Program-made: the position numbers and the translations under genes
Notes under the pieces: generated by a model
The model's database searches: none
Seen by the model: the letters and a program-made list of their open reading frames with translations, nothing else
What the model was told of the DNA's origin: nothing
Shown: positions 18,601 through 27,600 of the stretch, in pieces
How positions within the stretch are numbered: position 1 is the stretch's first letter
How the letters are laid out: the number at the start of each line of letters is the position of its first letter
Virus record (IMG/VR): IMGVR_UViG_3300050196_000164
Coordinates: 1 to 39,374 of that record
Length of the DNA stretch: 39,374 nucleotides
From: a virus
Lineage: Duplodnaviria > Caudoviricetes
Direction: 5' to 3' (one strand)

Positions 18601-21600
18601 GGCAGAGGCAAGCGATGGAGGCGAACGACCGTCCGGAACTGCTGGAGTTCCCGGAACCGGAGGCGCCCAGGTTCAAGCCGATGGGGTGAAAAGCTCCGAC
18701 CAGACGCCGGCCCTGAGCAGCGCGGATCTGATGAAGGAGCGCATCAAGAAGGACAGTGCCGCGCGTAAGGCGGCAGAGGCTGCCGGCAATGCCGCCTACC
18801 AGGCGGGGGACGATCGCCGGCCGCCCGACTCGATGGAGAAGCCCAGCGAGCGCGAGGCGTGGCTGAAGGGGTATGACACCGCGGCGCCGGTGGAGAAGGC
18901 CCCGAAACCAGCCTCAGCGCCCATTGCTGGCGGCTCAGGCGCCCGAGTGTGGGACGAGTCGAACCCCGAGAATCGCCGGCTGCTGTTGAAGGACGCCGGA
19001 TACACCGACGCCGACCAGGCGCGCGGGCTGTCCGGCACCGCCTGGAACCAATTGACCGACCCAGTGCGAACGGCCCTGTTGGCGAGCCACGGCCGCCGCA
19101 ACCCGGCGCCTACCAACGCACCGCCATCACCGGCCGCCGCCGCCGTGGGCGAGAAGGACAAGGACGGCAACACCATCATCGGACGCCGCACCGATGGCAC
19201 CATGATCCGCACCGACAAGAACGGCGTGCGCTGGTATGCCAAGGATGGCGCCCGGATTTTCGAGCGTGTGGAAATGCGGCCGACCCGTGAGGGCGTGCAG
19301 GTGGCCAAGGGTGTGCTGACGCCTGAGTTCATGACGGCAGAGGAAGAGGCAGCGCAGGCCCCCAAGCCGGCCCCAGTGGTCAGCGAGAACAAGATTTTCA
19401 CCGAGGACGCCGCGGCCAAGGCGCGCGAGTTGCTGCGCCGCAAGCTTTCCGGGTCGCAACTGAACAGCGGCATCGACCCCGAGATTCTGCAGGCCGGTAT
19501 CACTCTGGCCGGCTACCACATCGAGAAGGGCGCCCGCACCTTCGCGGCCTACGCCAAAGCCATGGTTGGCGACCTGGGCGATTCGGTGAAGCCGTACCTC
19601 AAAAGCTGGTACATGGGCGTGAAATACGACCCGCGCGCCGCGGATTTTGCAGGCATGAGCAGCGCGGCCGAGGTGGAGTCGGCATCCCTGGATGTGGGGG
19701 ACGAAGCCCCGGCCGGCCCGGTTGAACCTGGCACGGCGAAGGCGGACAATGGGGGCCTGGAGGCCTCAACCGATGAGCAACGCACTACCGACCAACTGGG
19801 TGAAGGCGATCAAGGCCAAGGCCGCGGCGCTGCTGGACGACGAGGATCACCTGCACAACAACCTGATGCACAAGAGCATCCTGGCGACCTGGCAGAGGGA
19901 AAGCCCGCGGATGTGGGCGAGCCTGACCTCTTCGGGGGTGACGGAAGCACTGGCGACGGTGGCGCAGGCGGAAATGTGGGACCGGCAGGACGAACTTCTC
20001 CGCAGCGGGATGCCGGTGACGGACGCCCGCGAGGTGGCCGAGCGGGAGTGCCTGATGCTGGAGCCCGAGGACGAGGACGAGGCAAGGGCAAGCAAGCTGA
20101 GCGCGCTGCAAAGCCTGCCCCTGTAGATCCCAAGACGGTCAGCCCGGCCAACACCGGGCCGGCCGATTTCGTCATTGCCGACCCCATGCGGATCGTCGGC
20201 GGTGGCCAGGTGGCACGCTTCGACAAGAACAAGGCGGCGATCGAGCTTCGCAATGCCCTGATCGAGGCCGGCCGCAAGCCCACCCGAGAAGAACAGGAAG
20301 TGCTCGCCGGCTACACCGGATGGGGCAGCTTCGGGCAGGAACTGTTCAAAGGCACCTGGGACAAGCCCAACCCCAAGGAGGGATGGCAGGCCCGGGATGC
20401 CTGGCTGCGCGACAACCTGGGCCGCAGCGAGTGGGCAGGCCTGCAGACCAGCATCATCAACGCCCACTACACGGACCCCCCGACCGTGCTCGCCATGTGG
20501 AACATGGTGCAGCGCATGGGCTTCACCGGTGGCCGGATGCTGGAGCCGTCCATCGGCATCGGCAACTTCTACGGCATGACGCCGGTGGAGATCGCGGCGC
20601 GCAGCCAGCGCGCGGGCATCGAGCTTGACGAGGTGACGGGCAGCATGGCGCAGATGCTGTACCCGCAGGCGAACATCCAGATCAAGGGCTACGAGAAGTC
20701 CACCACCCCGGACAACTTCTATGACCTCGTGATCGGCAATTGGCCGTTCAGCGAAATCAGCCCGGCCGACCGGCGTTACAACCGCCTGTCGCCCACGCTG
20801 CATGACTACTTTTTCCTGAAGGCGATCGACCAGACTCGACCGGGCGGCCTGATCGTGGGCATCACGACCAAAGGCACCATGGACAAGAAGGGTGTGGGCG
20901 CCCGGATGGAAATGGCCCGCAAGGCTGAACTGGTGGCGGCATTCCGGCTGCCAAGCGGCGCCTTCGAGGAATACGCCGGCACCAAGGTGGTGACGGACAT
21001 CATCATCCTGCGCAAGCGTGAGAAGCCCCTGGGCATGGTGGACCAGGAGGGCTGGATCGAGGTGCGGGACCATGACACCCCGGAAGGCACCAAGGTGCCG
21101 GTCAACGAGTATTTCCACCGCAACCCGAAGCACGTGATCGGCACCATCGACTACGGCCACGGCACCACCACCTTCCGGCCTGGCCTGATCGTGAACCGGC
21201 CGGCCGACATGATGGGTGAGTTGAGCCGCATCGTGGATCTGGTGCCCGAGGGGGTCTATCAGGCCAGCACCACCACCAAGCACATCAGCTACGTCGCGAA
21301 CCACACCAGCGACCGCACGAACGCCCTCGTGAAGACCGAAAACGGCTTCTTTGTGGTGGCGGGTGAGTACCTGGCGCCGGCCGATGAGGTGGTGAAATAC
21401 ACCGTCAAGGACAAGGCCAAGACCGAGAAGCGCGAGGCTGAACTGGGCGCCCTGATCGACATGCGGCGCCTGTACGGGGCCCTGATCGACGCTGAGCGCG
21501 CCGGCGATGCCGACGGCCAGCGAAAGGCCTTGCGCGAGGCCTATCACGCCTTCGTGGTGACGCACGGTGCGCTGACGGACAGCTTTGGCCTGGGCTACCT

Positions 21601-24600
21601 GCGCCGGATTGATGACCCGTTCTATCCGGCCCTGGCCGCCCTGGAGTTGAAGGGCGAGGGGGGAGCCTACCGGCCCGCGGCCATCCTGACCGCCAGCACC
21701 ATGCGGGGCGCACCTTCGATGAAGGAGCCCAGCATCAGCGACGCCTTCGTGCTGTCCCGCAACGAGTCGGTGAACCCGACCCCGGCCCGCATTGCGGAGA
21801 TCGCCGGCAAGTCTGAGGAAGAGGTGAAGTCGGCCCTGATCGAGGCCGGCGCCGTCTTCGAGCAACCCAATGGGGACTTCACGCCCTCTGACATCTACCT
21901 GTCGGGCAACGTGCGCGAGAAGATGCGCGAGGCCAAGAACGCGCTGGCCGAGGGCAACCAGGCCATGCAACGCAACATCGATGCGTTGGAAAAGGTCATG
22001 CCGCCCGATGTGCCCTACTACAAGATCGAGACGCAGATGGGTGCCACGTGGGTGCCCAGCCAGGCCTATGCCGATTTCATCGCGCATGCCCTGGGCATGG
22101 ATTCATCTGCAGGCATCGAGGTGTCATTCAAGGGTGGCGCCTGGGCGATCAACTTCGACAGCGCGCTGAACAGCCGCCCACAGGCCCGCAGCGGCTTCGG
22201 CACCGAGCATGTGCCCTTCAAGCGGCTGGTGCGCGCCGCGATCGCCAACCAGACCATCAACGTCAAGCGCAAGGACAGCGATGGCGTGGAGTTCATTGAT
22301 GAGGAAGCGTCCAATGAGGTGAACGTGCGCATCGCTGACATGCGCACGAAGTTCGGTGAATGGCTTTGGCAAGACCCGACCCGGTGCGTCCAGTTGGAGG
22401 CGGAATACAACGATGTGCGCAATGCCTACGCCACGCCGATCTTCGACGGGTCTTTCCTGGGCTTCCAAGGCATGTCCCTGAGCCTGGGCCGTGGCCCGTT
22501 CAACCTGCGCGAGCACCAGGCCAATGCCATCTGGCGGGCCATCGTGACGCGCAAGAGCCTGAACGCGCATGAGGTGGGCACCGGCAAGACCTTCACCATG
22601 GGTGGCATCGCGGTGGAGTCGCGACGCTACGGCATCGCCAAGAAGCCCATGCTGTTCGCGCACAACGCCAACAGCAAGTCGGTGGCGCACGAGATCCAGA
22701 TGATGTACCCGGCTGCCAAGGTGCTCTATGTGGACAACCTGAACAAGGAGAACCTGAAGACTCGGATGATGCAGATCGCCAACGATGACTGGGACGTGGT
22801 GGTCATGCCCCATTCGGTCATCGACAACATCGGTTTCAAGGAAGAAACCTTGATGGCCATGGCCCAGGAGGAACTGCTTGAACTGGCTGTGGCGGCCGAG
22901 GAGGCGGCCGACGAGGACAACGTGACCATCACCAGCGGTATGTGGGAAGACGAAAAGGAGTTGAACAAGCTCCGCAGCGTCACCGCGAAGCAGTTGGTCA
23001 AGCAGCGCCTGAAGATCATCACCACCATCCAGAAGCTCGCGATGCGGGCCAGCAAGGATGGGTCTGTCTCGTTCGAGGACATGGGGGTGGACATGATCCT
23101 CGTGGACGAGGCCCACGAGTTCAAGAAGCCCCCCATTGCGACCAAGATGAAGATGAAGGGCCTGCAGACGCAGACCTCAAACCGCTCCATCGCGATGATG
23201 TTCCTGGCCAAGTACGTGCGCAGCATGAACAACGGCAGGAACGTGCACCTCTTCACCGGCACGCCGATCACGAACACCCTGACCGAGGTGTTCCACATGA
23301 TGCGGTACATGATGCAGGAGGAAATGAAGGAGGCGGGTTTGTCCGACTGGGATGGTTGGTTTGGTTCCTTCGCCCGGGAAGTCAACGACGTGGAGTTGAC
23401 CCCCACGGGCGAATATGAGGCTGTGACCCGGCTGCAGGAATTCATCAACGTGCCCGAGTTGCGCCGAATGATCGGGCAATACATGGATGTCGTCTTTGCT
23501 GACGATATGCCAGAGATGCAGCCCCGCGAGGTGAACGGAAAGAAGCTGTCCGACAAGACCCTGACCGAGGCAGAGCGCGCGGAACTGCTGAACGGCCGCA
23601 CCGAGAACGCACAGGACCGGCCCTACAAGAAGGTGGTCAACAAGTCGTCGGACATGACGCCCGATCAGATGGAGGTGTTCAAGAGGGTTCAGGGCTACGC
23701 GAAGCGGTGGAAGTCCATGAGCAGGAAGGACCGCAAGCAGGCCATGCTGAGCGGCAGCCCCGAATCACCCATCGTGCACGAGGGCATCGCGGCCAAAGCC
23801 TCGTTCGACGTGCGCTTGGTGGAGGCGATCGAGAACGCCGGCAAGGAGGGAACGCCCGAAATGGCGCCCCACCCCAACAGCAAGCCGGCCCGGGTGCTGA
23901 ACAACCTGCTGGAGATCTACCACGGCGACCAGCGCACGACGCAGGTGGTGTTCATGGAGCAGGGCATGTCGCAGTCCGTGACCCGTTCCATGGGGCCCGT
24001 CGGCCAAAAGCGTGATGTGCGGTTCCCCGCCTTCTCGACGGTGGTGGACATGATCGAGCGTCTGGTTCAGGCCGGCGTGCCGCGTGACCAGATCGCCCTT
24101 GTGAACGGCAGCACCACCAAGGACGAGCGCAAGGTCGTGGCCGACAAGATGAACGAGGGCAGCATCCGCATCGTGTTCGGGTCCACCGACTCACTGGGGG
24201 TGGGTGTGAACATGCAGCGCAACCTCCGCGCGATGCACCACATAGACGCCCCCTGGATGCCTGGCGAACTGGAGCAGCGCAACGGCCGCGGCCATCGGCA
24301 GGGCAACCAGTGGAACACGGTGCTGGAGTACCGCTACCTGACTGACCGGCTGGACGGCCGCCGCTGGCAGGTGCTGGCGATCAAGCAGCGTTTCATCACC
24401 AATTTCATGAAGTTCAAGGGGGATCTTCGCGTCATCGAAGTTGATTCAGACAGCGAAGAGGGCGGCGACATCCTGAGCACCTTCTCGGAGGCTGCGGGCG
24501 ATCCGCGCATTTTGGTGCGGGAGAAGCTGAAGAAGAAAATTGAACAGCTTCGGAGCCGCGAGCGGATACACGGCCAGGCTGTTGCCGATGCCCTGCGAAC

Positions 24601-27600
24601 GGTGGACTCGGCCAAGCAGAGCGCGGCGAGCGCCCGCCGCAAGTTGCAGGATCTGCAAGAGCAGGGCATCAAGGCCAAGCTCTCGGCGCTGATCGATGCC
24701 CAGGCGGGCAACGGCTTCCGCATGACGCTGGGCGACCTGACATTTACCGACCGCGCCGAGGCTGCCGAGCAGGCGCCGGTGTGGATGGCTGGCCACCTGC
24801 GCCTGGGGCAGGAAATCACTGAGGTGGGCACCTTCGGTGGCGAACCGCTCTACGCTCTGTGGCATCGCTATTCAAACCGGCCTGACTTCCGCCTGATGAT
24901 CTCCGGCCAGACCATCGAGTCCAACGGCGACAGCGTGCGCAGCCTGGAGGCGCAGCTTCGCAACCGCCGCGACGATGTGGAATCGGATCAGGAGAGTGTG
25001 ATTCTCCGGGCCGATGAACGCCGCCAGCACGCCGAGAAGGTGTCGCAGGAGCCGTTCCACCTGATCGACCAGTTGGTCAAGCTGACCAAGCAACTGAAGG
25101 ATCTGGAGCAGGACATTGCCGTGAACCCCGTGGCGCCGCCGTACTGGCTGCGCAACGGTGCACCGATAGACACCGAGTTGTTCCGCGACGGTCAGTCGTT
25201 CGTGGTGACTGGGCACCGCTGGACAGACGATGGATGGTTCGTGCTGGCCCGCGACGAGAAGGGCGAGACGGTCATCCCCTACATGCAGGCCCAGGATGCC
25301 CAGGGCATGCCGTTGTACGAAGAACACGAGTTCGAGCCCCCAACGGTGGACACCGAGAGCAGTGTGCCGACGAAGCCAGGCGACGCCCCGGCTATGTCCC
25401 GCTCCGGCGCGGCGCCGCAGGGCCTGAGCGCGGACACGGTGCGCGCCGAGGCGGCCCGCATCGCCCAGCACTGGGCCGGCGCCCCGGAAATCATCACGGT
25501 GCGCTCCATGCAGGATGCGGCCGTGCCCGATGCCATCCGCAGCGAGGATGCACGCCAGCGCAGCCAGGGCGCCACGGGCAACCCCGAGGGCTTCTACTTC
25601 GCCGGCAAGGTGTACCTCGTCGCGCCCGAGTTGCCGACGGCCGATGACGTGCGCCGGGTGCTGTTCCATGAGGCCCTGGGGCATGCTGGCCTGCGCGGCG
25701 TGTACGGCAAGGGCCTGGCGGACATCCTGGACCAGCTTGCAGCGGCCCGGGCGCCCGAGGTGAAGGCCAAGGCCCAGGCCTACGGGCTGAAGTGGGAGGT
25801 GCTGGAGGACCGCCGCGCCGCGGCCGAGGAAGTGCTGGCCGAGTTGGCGCAGACCGCGCCGACCCTGGGATTCGTGCGCCGCGCCGTGGCGGCCGTGCGC
25901 ACCTGGCTGCGCGAACACGGCTTCAGCGGCCTGCGCCTGACCGACGACGAGATCATCCGCAGCCACATCCTGCCGGCCCGGGCCTTCGTGACGGGCGGGC
26001 GTGGCGCCGGCGCCGGCGCCGCTGTGGCGTTCAGCCGCAAGGATGGGACCGACCAAACCAACACCGAGGCTTTCCGCAAGTGGTTCGGTGACTCCAAGGT
26101 GATGGACACCGATGGCCGGCCGCTTGTGGTCTATCACGGGACGCCCGCTGACTTCGATGCGTTCGATGCCAAGAAGTTGGGGGCCAACACCGGGCACAGC
26201 ACGGCAGGCCTGGGATTCTTCTTTTCAGCCGATCCTGGCATCACTGGCATGTTCACCGAAAAGCTGGACATGACGGTATGGCCGTACAAGAGTGGGCACA
26301 TAGACGGCGCCAACACCATGCCCGTCTACCTGAGCATCAAGAACCCCAAAGTGATGACGGCCACCGAGTTCCGGCTGATGGCCCAAGTTGGCGGCCGGGC
26401 GGGCAACACGTCAGGCGCCAAGATGGTCGCAGCAGACGTGAAGGCATTGCGCAATCCGAGCATCCTTCAGCGTGCTTTTGGCACCAACTATGACGGGGTT
26501 CTCATCCAAGGTGACGCCACCCTGGCCGACGCAATGGGTGCTGCCGAGTGGGCTGCTGACACCTGGGTCGCCTTCCAGCCCGAGCAGATCAAGAGCGCCA
26601 TCGGCAACTCTGGCGCATTTGACCCCACCAACCCCGACATCCGCTACAGCCGCTCCAACCTGGCCGCAACCGTGCGTCAGGCGGTGGTCGACCGCATCGA
26701 GGGCTTGAAGGAGCCCACGGTGAAGTCGCTGAACTGGTGGCACAAGTCGGTGGGCACGCAGTACCAGAAGGCCCGCGACAACAGCTATTTCCGCCGCACG
26801 TTCAATGCGGCCCAGTCCTACATTGACGACACCGCTTTCTTCGCCAACACGGCCGCCGACAAGGCGCCCGGCCTGCTGCCGCGCCTAGAAACCCTGGGCG
26901 ACCTGAAAAAGCGCCTGGCGCTGGACCCGTCCGACGAGAAAGCCGTCAGCGCGGCCGTGTTCACTGGCACGCTGACCGACCAGCGGGTGTACGACCTGGC
27001 CGAGCTTCGCAGCCGCTTCGGCATGAACGATCGCCAGATCGGGCTCTATCACCAGTTCCGCGAGGCGGTGGATCTGAGCCTTGACCAACTGGTGGCCGGC
27101 GAGGTGGTGCGCTTCCTGGGCACCCACATGGATGACCTGCCGCCGCAGCTTCGCCTGATGGTGGCGGATGGGCGCCTGGCCGAGTTCGAGCGCGTGACCA
27201 AGGAGGCGCTGCAGGAGGTGCGCGCCAAGGCCGACGAGGACTTGGCCGACGTGCGGCGACGTATCCGCAACGAAATGGGCTCGCTGAACCGGCGCCAGAA
27301 AAAGGCCCTGGAGGGCCCGGGCGGGCGTGCCGGCTCGCGCCTGGCCACCCTGGAGAAGTTCGACAAGGAGCGCGCCGAGTTGAAGCTGCGCCAAGGTGGC
27401 GAGCTCTACCGGGCCAAAGAGCGTTTCGACCTGTGGGATTCGATGGTCCGGGATGTGGGCGGCAAGTATGAGCAGATCGAGAAGCTGAAGGGCGAGGGCT
27501 ACGCCCCGCTGATGCGCTTCGGCCAGTTCACGGTGGACGTGGTGGACGAAGAGGGAGAGCGGGTCTATTTCGGCATGTACGAGTCCGAGCACGATGCCAA

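Noticed and set aside
18949-19290. 113-aa +2-frame ORF in the giant gene
   Set aside because: R/P/H-rich shadow composition, no SD, and a different frame from the supported nested ORFs.
17238-20126. Nested ORFs as sequencing frameshifts that split the giant gene
   Set aside because: The host frame stays open throughout, and each nested ORF has its own SD, start and stop; this would need several compensating errors.
19847-22087. 746-aa antisense ORF; likewise 1756-3897, 14031-15722, 24872-26197 and 26885-28531
   Set aside because: Mirror-frame shadows of GC3-rich sense genes, with no recognisable motifs.
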